Assembly: GCA_040954595.2 (NCBI GenBank)
Contig: CM082595.2
Span: 9,289,918 to 9,353,917 of the forward strand
DNA length: 64,000 bases
Source: Balanoglossus misakiensis
Lineage: Eukaryota > Animalia > Hemichordata
Reading direction: 5' to 3'
Positions 1 through 11,200 of the stretch are shown in pieces (within the stretch, counting starts at the first letter, position 1; each line of letters starts with the position of its first letter). The position numbers were made by a program, and so were the translations under genes. A model generated the notes under the pieces. It worked only from the letters and a program-made list of their open reading frames with translations, had not been told where the DNA came from and did no database searches.

Positions 1-667
1 TGGAACAAAAACCACACCTATCGCCCTGTTGGTTAGTGTCCAATTAAATGTACAAAATCAATGACTTAGGCAGGTGCAACAGACGACCCCGCCTTTGGTA
101 TATCATTATGGTCCCATCCGTATATGCCCCCCCCCCTCTCCCAAGCCAAAGCTGCATGCATCTGCTGTGGATGCTCACTAAGCAAAAGTAGGTGAAAGGT
201 CACATAAGGTCGCCCACAACTTGACGGGAAAATCGGACTTCATATTGATCCATGTGCAACAAATAGCACGCTACCACCCCTTTCATTGACCCCACAATTA
301 CGCATGCACATAATTATTGAGTTATGCAGGTGTCACAGGTGACACCCGAATCGGGTGTATTATTTTAGTCCCATACAGCTGCATGTAGCTGCGTGCCGTT
401 ACGGGCGACCTGATAACCCACACGGCCACCTGCGGGCCGACCCCCATACTGAACGTCCAGTTGCAACATCACGACTGAAGTAGGAACTTTTGAACGGCAA
501 CGAAGCCTGATCTCTGATTATTGCTGGTACCATACTCCTGTCGTGCAAGAAAATCACTGGTCTGCTGACGTATTTCAGCCAATTTCCCAAACTACTATCC
601 ACTACATGTGACTACAATGCTAATGAAACCTCCCACAACATTAGCGACTTAGGGTCAAAGTCCACTG

Positions 668-3200
668 TTTTAAATTTTTTCATCGGTTTTACTTTAAAGG
701 ATGCCCACAAACTGCAACAGTAAATATTACTACAATATGCCAAAAATAAAACTTTCTTCACATCTTGACTAAAATGTTGAAAATGTCTCAATAGCATGTT
801 TGCTCTAACACAAAATGCTCTTCTCTGACGTTCAATATCTTCATTATCACAACCCTCACAAGATATAACATGGCCCAGATAGGTGTGTACAGGTACAAAC
901 TTTAAAGTGATGTCATTAAGTTTAACCGAAGGAATTCTTTGAACGCTCATATTCTTCCCATTAAAAAGCATGCACACAGTTTTACTAGAATTATAAATTA
1001 TATCATAATCCTTGCCATAAATTTCACAAATTCTAAGAAGACGGTGTAGACCCTTAATACTTGGACTGAGTAGAGTCATGTCGTCAGCGTAACCTAAAGT
1101 GTTAGCGCTGACACCACACATGGTACAGCCAACTTTGGCTTTACAGAGTGCATTGATAAGATCATCAATGTAGACATTAAAAAGATAGGGAGAGAGTACT
1201 CCCCCTTGTCTTACACCGTTAGAAACAGAAAACTACTCTGAGGTTTCATTACCCCACAACACAGTAAACAATTGATTTCTGTACCATTAAAGGTCACATG
1301 TCATGCTTTGGAAAGTTTTCATTTTTCCACGTCAAAAGCTCACCTAGGGTACCTGTCTATGCATTGCCTATTGTGTCGGTTCCGAAAAATGTGCACGAAT
1401 GCCGGAATTTGCCACCTTTTTTCATGCCTGTGATCGGGGAGCCACTTCGCACTCGAGCCAGGCGAAGGTATTTGCATATGGACAAACAAGTACACTATGT
1501 CGTAGTGTACCATTCTGTTTACAGTAAAGTGTAATTATCGGTCCATGAGTAATTAAGTCCACAGACAAAGATAAGCTATATAAACAGTGTTCAAAGCAAA
1601 GGAAGCCCTTGCCTCACATTGCAGGCAGAGGATTTACAAAGGTGTGAAAGACTATTTGTCCACATCAAGATAAGTCTTCGGCTTAACTTCGAAAAGCCAA
1701 AAAAAATCGACTGAGTTGGGTTAGGGGTACACGCCCACCCGCCACTTTTACTTGCTTGTTATCTAAGCACAAGGGGCAAAACGCATTGCAAGATAGTAAC
1801 ATACGTTAACTTCAAGACCCAAATAGTGATTTTACGCGTGGTTGTATAGGGCATGGCATGTGACCTTTAATATAAAATTCGTACAGCATACAAGGGAACA
1901 TTCCTGTCGATGAGCTTGTTAACCAGTTTAAAGTGATTAACTCTGTCAAAAGCTTTTGAAGCATCCAGAAAACAAGTAAACACTGGTCTTCCATTGCTGG
2001 TGTAGTAGCTAATGATTTCTTTAAATGCAAATAAACACAGGTCAGTTGAATGTTCTCGCTTGAAACCAAATTGTAAATAATGAGAGGTAAGAAACTCCTC
2101 ACAACGAGAAAGTAAAATATGCTCAAAAACTTTAGAGAAAACAGTTGCTAGTGCTATCGGCCGGTAGTTACTGGCATCACTACAAAGCTTAGTTTTATCC
2201 TTAATTGGAACTAAAATAACTTTGATAGCCTCAGTTTGCAGGTAACCATGAACAATCAAGTCAAAATGGGTAAAATAGAGGAGTCTGAGAATTTGAGGTG
2301 CTCAGCTGAAATATTGTCAATGCCAGCTGTCTTATCGTCAGGTAACTTATGTATAGCAGAAATTACTTCTTCTTCAGAAACATACATATCAGAAGAAAAT
2401 TTAACATACTTCATTTTCTCCTCGATGTCATTTTTACCAGTCTGAGCCTGGACAGAATTCAAAATATCACTGAAATGCTTGTGCCACATAATTGCAATTT
2501 CACTCTCACCAGTCGCTCCACCTACAGTGTCAGAAAGCGGCATTTTTCTGCTAGTTTGCTTTCTGACTTCCTTCCAGAAGTCGTTCTGTTTGTGGCAGCG
2601 TAAATTGTCAGCCATCTTGTCAGCCCTATTTTGATTCTCAATCTTTTTACAAGCACGTAAAGCATACTTAAAACGAGCTCTGGAAGATTTCATGGTTTCA
2701 AAAAGCGGGCCTTGTTAAGGTTTACCCCCATTAACCCATAATAAAAACATGGAACGGGCATAGTCGTGACTTTCTTTTACAAAATCGTTCCAGCCAGGCA
2801 CAACATGAACTTTCTGGTGAAACTTACGCCTAATGGTATCTTTTGCAGCACAATTCAATGCGTCCACAACACTACTATAACAAGTATCAATTGCCTGTAA
2901 ATGCGAAGGGTATGTACAGTTCACATTAGTGCAGAATAACTCTTCGGATATATTAATCTTATCAACCTTGGCTTTGGTACAACGGGTGTAGGCGGATATA
3001 TTCTGCTGTGACAATTTTTTCCAATCAACTCGAAAATTACATTGCTTGAAGGAACTACTGCTGAAACATTCATCAGCAGAAGTGTTGAAATGAACCTCTA
3101 TTGAAACAGGAATATGGTCGGAGTCAACAACATTGCAAAGACTCGAAATTGAAAGAACATTGCTATAAAAAATTTTAGTGGTAACACAGTGGTCAATCCA
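668..3200 (-). mobile_element. Degenerate non-LTR retrotransposon (LINE) ORF2, copy A: 5'-truncated, 3' end deleted, MITE-interrupted
   Basis: Endonuclease tail (WIDH...SDHIPV) and RT motifs NYRPIAL, QFGFK, FLDASKAFDRV, GVRQGGVLSP, YADD. In-frame stop at 2715, 16-bp frameshifting deletion near 2258, insertion at 1291-1870. Confidence 0.95.
1291..1866. mobile_element. Non-autonomous TIR DNA transposon with TTAA target duplication (Kolobok-like), copy A only
   Basis: TTAA(1287-1290) AGGTCACATGTCATGC...GCATGGCATGTGACCT TTAA(1867-1870): 16-bp TIR with 1 mismatch. Empty single-TTAA site at 52533-52536 in copy B. RR...YY termini plus TTAA fit Kolobok rather than piggyBac (CC...GG). Confidence 0.92.
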
Positions 3201-3803
3201 AACTCAGCGTAATTCAATAAAACGCCCTAACACAGCCTGAACTCCGATAATGTGTTGTCCCAAAATTCATTCCGTGGAAAATAATCACTGGTCTGTTTAC
3301 GTATTTCAGCCGATTTTCCAAGGACTACTGCAACCCGCCAGAAGTGAGTAGCCTGCTAATGAGATCTCCACAACATTACGTAATGACGGTCAAAGTCCGA
3401 TGCCCCAGTGTCCGTCCTCAGCCCACCAAAAAATGCGAAAAAATATTACAAAAATCTTCTTCTCAAAATCGACGTGGCCTAGGACCTTGAAATTTGGCAC
3501 AGGGGATTTTGGCCACATGGTCTACAAAAATCGCGAAAAGAATGTACATGCCCCCATTAACGTGCAAATTAGGTCAATTTGAAAATTTCGCTCGATTATA
3601 GCCACAAAGTCACGTGACTAATTACAAATTCAAAGGGCAGGTGCACCAGTACTCATGGGCCCCAACCACCGTGCCAAATTTGGAGGCGCACCTGCCGGAA
3701 TTTCAGAGAAAAACGGGCGCAAAAAAACGACTCAAGAAGAAAGAAGACAAACTCCAGCAATAACAGAAGGGGACCAAGCGCCTGAGGGCTCTTGGCCCCC
3801 TAA
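3201..3803 (-). mobile_element. Probable terminus of a non-autonomous Helentron/HINE(DINE)-like element, copy A
   Basis: On minus: TTAG + hairpin (3769-3800, GGGGACCAAGCG...CTCTTGGCCCCC) + TTCTGTTATTG + (TTC)-rich microsatellite + AAATTTGG core motifs. This architecture resembles HINE/DINE ends; the family call is an inference. Confidence 0.5.
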
Positions 3804-4533
3804 ATATGGGACTAAACTTGACAGATACCCGGAATATTTTCCTATTTAGGATACCTGGTTGCATTTCCACCTAAAGGCGTCCTATTGGCGTGGAAATTTT
3901 ATAACTTGAAATCGTTTGACTGGGTGATAGGTATTAATATCTTATGATGTTATAAAACACTTGGCTCGCCAAAGGTAAGGACCGATTATAGCGTCAGTCG
4001 TGTCATAAAATCTATATGAACGTCATGGGTCAATAAACTTGATGGTCCAATAAAATTTAATGGTTCGTAAAACTATTGTGTCCAATGTCTGCAGAGTATA
4101 CTGGCTGCAACATGTGTATGAGTCAGGATTAACGGCTGTAGCCATCAACCCAAAAGGTGAACGTCCTATTCTCACTAACTTAAATAGGTTTTGCGACCTA
4201 GTTGAGTTATAAAAACCTTATGATAAAGTCGACACAATTTCAAGATGACGATGTGCAAATGAGAGTTCATAAGCTAAAGTAAAGTTCAATGAATTCTATA
4301 CAAAGTTCAAAAAAGATTTTTTACTAAAGGAAGACATGAACAAACTGATATCGTCTCTTCATATTCGTACATGTCCAACTGTTGTGATTTGACCCCCCCC
4401 CCCCCATGGTACATGAACCTATTACTTAGTACACACTTAAACAATTGGCATTTGAAGTGCCTTGCTTGACAGTGTTTAATGCGGTGGTCAGCCGCGTTTA
4501 TCTCTCGCCACTTCATGCATCATGTCGCCTTAA

Positions 4534-4853
4534 AGGGACAAACTCTCTCTCTCGTCGCCCTTTTCTATTAATTATGTTTGATACAAGACACCGTTTATAT
4601 TAATGGGCATGTGTATATGTAGTGAATGAACGTTCAACCACACACAACTTCCATCCTGCTTGTATGATATGAGAGTAAAAACTCGCCCAAAATGAATTAA
4701 TGGTAGAGACCGATTTTTCAGTTTTGCGAGTTTTCGCTCTCGTGTCTACATGCGGGATAGAAGGTGTGTGCGGTTGAACGTTGCATCACTATATATCCAC
4801 ATTTACATTAATATAAACGGTGTTTTGTATCAAACATGGAAAAGGGCAGCGAG
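4534..4853. mobile_element. Palindromic MITE (AGGGACA family), right end truncated; copy B equivalent 55236-55532
   Basis: TTAA-AGGGACA start, long imperfect internal palindrome; core is the reverse complement of 5491-5781. Confidence 0.75.
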
Positions 4854-4857
4854 TTAA

Positions 4858-5223
4858 GGATGTACGATCAGTAAAATTGAAAGCATTGTCATTTCTTTTA
4901 ATCGTGAATTTTCGTTTCTGATTTGTATGTATAATGAAAATCCATTTTGGGTCACTGCACTTGTTTTCGACTTTAAACAAGGCCGTGAATTTAGTCGACA
5001 ATTGAAGAAAACTGCTAACGGTCAGCATTTTCTACCAATGGTTTGTCTATGGATACAATATTGAACAAAGTTTATCTCAAAATAGAGCGTGATGAATTTA
5101 TTTTGATTTGTCGGAGCTATGTGTAAAATTTCATGAAAATGACAATAGTAGAAGTGAGTTTTCTAACTATTCTCCATGTACTCCTATGGGAAGAGACACA
5201 GGCGCACAGTTTACCAGTTGACG
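4858..5223. mobile_element. Probable TTAA-GGATGTACG MITE; left end survives only in copy A, right end only in copy B (55533-55885)
   Basis: TTAA GGATGTACG at 4854-4866 versus CGTACATCA TTGA at 55877-55889 (degenerate inverted match); intervening sequence shared by both copies. Confidence 0.5.
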
Positions 5224-5490
5224 ACCTCTAAAGAGGAAACGGGGGGGGGGGGATGATGAAAGGTTTAAGACTTACAGATCACAACTTAAAGAGCCATTCA
5301 GAAAGAGGCTTAGAGTGGAGTATCAAATCGGACGATACCACTGACTGGTGGAGGAAGACAAAATAAGCAAACTGAGTAGATGAGTGCTCAGATTTCTTCA
5401 GAGGACCAAACGTTTCAAAGAATTATACGTGACAATCCATGCCTGGTCCGTCAGTAGATATAAACAGAACATTGTGGCTGTATTCATTAA

Positions 5491-5781
5491 AGGGACAAAG
5501 TCTCTCTCTCGCTGCCCTTTTTCCATTAATTATGTTTGATACAAGACTGCGTTTATATTATTCTACATATGGATATAGTGAACCAACGTTCAACCATACA
5601 CACCTTCCACCCCGCTTGTATAGACACGAGAGTTTTAAAAAGTAGCCAAAATGAATAAACGGTCTCTACCATTTATTCATTTCGGGCGAGTTTTTACTCT
5701 CGTATCATACAAGCCGGATGGAAGTTGTGTGTGGTTGAACGTTCATTCACTAACATAAACGGTGTCTTGTATCATGTCCCT
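5491..5781. mobile_element. 291-bp palindromic MITE with TTAA target duplication (Kolobok-like), copy A
   Basis: TTAA AGGGACA...TGTCCCT TTAA; internal arms (TGATACAAGAC / GTCTTGTATCA, AACGTTCAACCA / TGGTTGAACGTT) are inverted. Confidence 0.85.
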
Positions 5782-5848
5782 TTAACACTTTTGAAGCATT
5801 TTACTAATGCTAACATGACTAGACCAATTGAATGATGTTACATTGCAG

Positions 5849-5930
5849 GTTATCAACTCAGAGGGGCGTCTTGTTATAAAGCGGTACCTGACAAACAATC
5901 AGCTGGCAACGCTGAAAATACCTGTCAGTC
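5849..5930 (+). pseudogene. Orphan duplicate of the 82-bp CTLD exon (identical to 56684-56765) in copy A
   Basis: Identical sequence with intact AG/GTAAGT sites, but the preceding 58-bp exon is deleted from this copy and copy A ends in satellite. Confidence 0.7.
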
Positions 5931-6564
5931 GTAAGTATGAAAGTATACATCATTTGAGTAGAATTTTACGGGAGTTCCTAACAAGGCTTGGACATGTCAC
6001 GCACAAATACAAAGGGCGCGTATAAAGACAGACAAAACCTCGCTCAGTGTGAGGTGTTCAGCGATTGCATCTGATAAGTCGAAAATGCTTGATCACGTGT
6101 CATGTTCAGTTGGGAAATTGGATATGTCTCAGGCCAAAAAAACTAATATGTGCTATTCCGATTACATGGTTTTCAAAAATATTGTAGTTAGAAAGGGACA
6201 TTTTTTTATTTTTCAATTTTTTTTATATCTTTGGCCGTCGTAGTGTAGAAGAATGACATCATAGTTCTTGCGTGATTCTCGCAATTTTCATGAATTGTTT
6301 TATATTTGACATCGTTATTTTTACTTCCGGTTTGCGAAGATCTAAACTGTTTTGGGTCGGCGGGCTAAAATTAGGGTAGTTCGGGTAATCGTTATGACAT
6401 TGGGAGCTACGGCTGCAAAGCCATGTGTCTCGTGCGAAAAGGGCCCTTAACCTTTTGCAATATTTAACAGCAAACAACAGACAGTTTTGAGAATAAAAGG
6501 TTTCCGTCGTGTCTGACTTTCATATCGCATTAATAGCATATCCCTAATTTTAAAGAAATTAGGA

Positions 6565-6762
6565 GAGACAGAGTGAAACAGGCAGAGTGGCAGACCGACA
6601 CAAGCAGACAGACATAGCAACATTCATCAGTAGAGACACTCACCGGTCGCTCGCTCGCTCGCTCGCTCACTCTCTCTCTCAGAGAGAGGGGGCAGACAGT
6701 CAGACAGACCGACGTTGACAGACAGTCAGTAAGTCAGTCAGCCAGTTAATCAGTCAGTCAGA
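6565..6762. repeat. Compound microsatellite (CAGA/GCTC/CT/GA/CAGT); copy B equivalent ~57397-57594
   Basis: (GCTC)n, (CT)n-(GA)n and (CAGT)n runs directly visible. Confidence 0.85.
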
Positions 6763-8280
6763 CGTCAAAGACACAGTGACACAAACACAGCGAGGGAGAC
6801 AACAGGACCTTTCATGCTTAAACTGTTATAAACTTTGAAAACCGTTCGTTTTCAGACTGCAGATTGCTCGAATAACGCGACACACTGCCGAAACAATAAA
6901 ACAAATACTAGTGGGAGCTCATAAAATAAAATCGCTCAACCATTCCGTCGTCCTGAGTGACCTCAGCCACATTAATTCCGACGTCTTTTTAGGGTCATGA
7001 AAAAAGTCACAAATAAGGTATTTCCCCTAGGTCCACCTGAAGCAAAAAGTTTTCGTTTCGACTCCATCATTCCGAATAGTAAGAAAGCAACAAAATTGAA
7101 AAGACAGATGTAAAATGCAATCTCTCTCACGTGGTAACGTTTGTAACTATGGCAATCACGGTACGTGTTCAGTACACAGACAGGTAGAAAAGTTTCTCCA
7201 TGCAATACATGTGTTCAGTAAGGTTTGACCTTGGTTTTACTTTGTACCATGATCGCCGCTTTCTAAGCATGGATGAACGACGGCGGTCAGACCCAATCGA
7301 ACCCTTTCATGTCAGATGACCACGGTATCTCCAGTGTGAGATGACATTTGACAAACCATTTGATTTCAACAAAATCTTCGCGTCGTCAACGCGTCGCATA
7401 CCAGTCGCATATCGGTATTTACCCAATCATAAAAGTTGGAAATTCGGGAGACTCGATCTGCAACCAAGTTGAGAGTAAATTTTGACGTTTGACTATTGGC
7501 AAGTAAACAGGTTACACAATGACTTGTCGGTTTTTCCTCCGTCATGGTCGTTCTTGACCCAAGTGTCCTTCCTTGACATTTAGACACACCTTGCGGTATG
7601 ACCTTGGTGGTCATGTGCAATTAGTTTTCTTGTATAAGACGCTTTTCATGCCGGGGTAGACGACTTGTGCGTGGATCATCAACATTTCAGTGATATTTCA
7701 ACGCAAAGTTTTAGCAATATTGAGAAAACAGGTAGTGAGGTGTCAAATGCATATCAATGTACGAAAATTAGGTCAAGCCACCCGACAGCAACCGCTTTCA
7801 CACAGTGTCGGACGTTGCACGGAATGTGAAACGTTACACTGCTTCGGCCGTTCACATGCACCTGGGCTTGGTTTTGATTGATGGTCAAACGCCCCCACTT
7901 ACTTTGGGCGTTTTCAATGGTAAATGTGTCGTATTGATCGAAACCTTGCCGTAAACACATTTTTTTTGCTGAATCAACATTCAGAGTTCAGCCGTCTAGT
8001 TAACGAAGTATTGAAATAAGCCACTTGTTCATCATTTTTTGTCTGTCAAACGTGTTTATTCGGACAGGGACCGGCCGCCAATGAGTGGTTTAGGGAGCCC
8101 ACACGTACACTCTGGTACCTGGACAATTAACAAAGACATGACGTGTGTACCGTCCGGTTCGAAAAGATTGGTTTAAGGTAGTCCTGGTAACAGTCATCCT
8201 AACGAGGCCAGGGGAGGTCTCCAAGGGCGAAATAAACAAAGCTACCGATGACGAGTCGAATTCGAATCGGACGATGCTTG

Positions 8281-11200
8281 TTTTCGACTTTGCAAAATCT
8301 CAAAATTTCGTCGATTTTTGAAAAAAAATCATGGGTGAAAATGCATCAAAAAATGAGAAATTTTCGACTTTGCAAAATCTCAAAATTTTTTCGATTTTTG
8401 AAAAAAGACATGGGTGAAAATCATCAAAAAATGACAAATTTTCGACTTTGCAAAATCTCAAAATTTCGTCGATTTTTGAAAAAAATCATGGGGGAAAATC
8501 ATGAAAAAAATGACAAATTTTCCTCTTTGCAAAATCTCAAAATTTCGTCGATTTTTAAAAAAAGACATGGGTGAAAATCATCAAAAAATAACAAATTTTC
8601 GACTTTGCAAAATCTCAAAATTTCGTCGATTTTTGAAAAAAAATCATGGGTGAAAATGCATCAAAAAATGAGAAATTTTCGACTTTGCAAAATCTCAAAA
8701 TTTCGTCAATTTTGAAAAAAATCATGGGTGAAAATCATCAAAAAATGACAAATTTTCGACTTTGCAAAATCTCAAAATTTTGTTGATTTTTGAAAAAAAT
8801 CATAGGTGAAAATCATCAAAAAATGACAAATTTTCGACTTTGCAAAATCTCAAAATTTCGTCGATTTTTGAAGAAAATCATGGGTGAAAATCATCAAAAA
8901 ATGACAAATTTTCGACTTTGCAAAATCTCAAAATTTTTTCGATTTTTGAAAAAAGACATGGGTGAAAATCATCAAAAAATGACAAATTTTCGACTTTGCA
9001 AAATCTCAAAATTTCGTCGATTTTTAAGAAAAAAATCATGGGGGAAAATCATGAAAAAAATGACAAATTTTCCTCTTTGCAAAATCTCAAAATTTCGTCG
9101 ATTTTTAAAAAAAGACATGGGTGAAAATCATCAAAAAATAACAAATTTTCGACTTTGCAAAATCTCAAAATTTCGTCCATTTTTGAAAAAAAATCATGGG
9201 TAAAAATCATCAAAAAATGACAAATTTTGAAAAAAAAACGGGTGAAAATCATCAAAAAATGACACATTTTCGTCTTTGCAAAATCTCAAAATTTCGTCCA
9301 TTTCTGAAAAAAAATCATGGGTGAAAATCATCAAAAAATGACAAATTTTCGACTTTGCAAAATCTCAAAATTTCGTCGATTTTTAAGAAAAAAATCATGG
9401 GGGAAAATCATGAAAAAAATGACAAATTTTCCTCTTTGCAAAATCTCAAAATTTCGTCGATTTTTAAAAAAAGACATGGGTGAAAATCATCAAAAAATAA
9501 CAAATTTTCGACTTTGCAAAATCTCAAAATTTCGTCCATTTTTGAAAAAAATCATGGGTAAAAATCATCAAAAAATGACAAATTTTGAAAAAAAAACGGG
9601 TGAAAATCATCAAAAAATGACACATTTTCGACTTTGCAAAATCTCAAATTTTCGTCGATTTTTGAAAAATAATCATGGTTGAAAATCATCAAAAAATGAC
9701 AAAATTTTCGACTTTGCAAAATCTCAAAATTTCGTCGATTTTTGAAAAAAATCATGGGGGAAAATCATGAAAAAATGACAAATTTTCCTCTTTGCAAAAT
9801 CTCAAAATTTCGTCGATTTTTGAAAAAAAATCATGGGTGAAAATCATCAAAAAATGACAAATTTTCGTCTTTGCAAAATCTCAAAATTTCGTCCATTTTT
9901 GAAAAAAATCATGGGTGAAAATCATCAAAAAATGACAAATTTTCGACTTTGCAAAATCTCAACATTTCGTCAATTTTTGAAAAAATCATGGGTGAAAATC
10001 ATCAAAAAATGACAAATTTTCGACTTTGCAAAATCTCAAAATTTCGTCGATTTTTGAAAAAAATCATGGGGGAAAATCATGAAAAAATGACAAATTTTCC
10101 TCTCTGCAAAATCTCAAAATTTCGTCGATTTTTGAAAAAAAATCATGGGTGAAAATCATCAAAAAATGACAAATTTTCGTCTTTGCAAAATCTCAAAATT
10201 TCGTCCATTTTTGAAAAAAAATCATGGGTAAAAATCATCAAAAATGACAAATTTTCGTCTTTGCAAAATCTCAAATTTTCGTCGATTTTTGAAAAAAAAT
10301 CATGGTTGAAAATCATCAAAAAATGACAAAATTTTCGACTTTGTAAAATCACAAAATGTCGTCGATTTTGAAAAAAATCATAGGTTCGTCGATTTTTTAA
10401 AAAAAAACATGGGTGAAAATCATCAAAAAATGACAAATTTTGAAAAAAAAACGGGTGAAAATCATCAAAAAATGACACATTTTCGTCGACTTTGCAAAAT
10501 CTCAAAATTTCGTCGATTTTTGAAAAAAATCATGGGGGAAAATCATGAAAAAATGACAAATTTTCCTCTTTGCAAAATCTCAAAATTTCGTCGATTTTTA
10601 AAAAAAGACATGGGTGAAAATCATCAAAAAATGACAAATTTTCGTCTTTGCAAAATCTCACAATTTCGTCGATTTTTGAAAAAAATCATGTGTGAAAATC
10701 ATCAAAAAATGACAAATTTTCGACTTTGCAAAATCTCAAAATTTCGTCAATTTTTGAAAAAATCATGGGTGAAAATCATCAAAAAATGACAAATTTTCGT
10801 CTTTGCAAAATCTCAACATTTCGTCCATTTTAAAAAAAAAACGGGGGAAAATCATCAAAAAATGACAAATTTTCGACTTTGCAAAATCTCAAAATTTCGT
10901 CGATTTTTGAAAAAAATCATGGGTGAAAATCATCAAAAAATGACAAATTTTCGACTTTGCAAAATCTCAAAATTTCGTCAATTTTTGAAAAAATCATGGG
11001 TGAAAATCATCAAAAAATGACAAATTTTGAAAAAAAAACGGGTGAAAATCATCAAAAAATGACACATTTTCGTCGACTTTGCAAAATCTCAAAATTTCGT
11101 CGATTTTTGAAAAAAATCATGGGGGAAAATCATGAAAAAATGACAAATTTTCCTCTTTGCAAAATCTCAAAATTTCGTCGATTTTTAAAAAAAGACATGG

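Larger units (their letters stand above)
1..8282 (+). repeat. Segmental duplication copy A (paralog of 50048-59139); left end runs out of the window
   Basis: Position 1 TGGAACAAAAACCACACC = 50048; colinear to ...GGACGATGCTTGTT (8282 = 59139). About 11 substitutions in ~600 bp read by eye in the RT region (~2%), plus copy-specific indels. Many ORF-track peptides recur in both copies. Confidence 0.97.

Noticed and set aside
612-3014. RT as part of a retron, DGR, group II intron or telomerase-like system generating the array
   Set aside because: Motifs, endonuclease tail, 3' tail and 5' truncation are those of an ordinary LINE, and both copies are inactivated.
6430-6450. GTGCGAAAAGGGCCC-TTAA as a Harbinger/Kolobok right end
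   Set aside because: No matching left terminus found in either copy.
6972-8240. Short ORFs conserved between copies A and B
   Set aside because: Conservation just reflects the recent duplication; no domains or in-phase splice sites, and an indel near 58410 shifts one of them.
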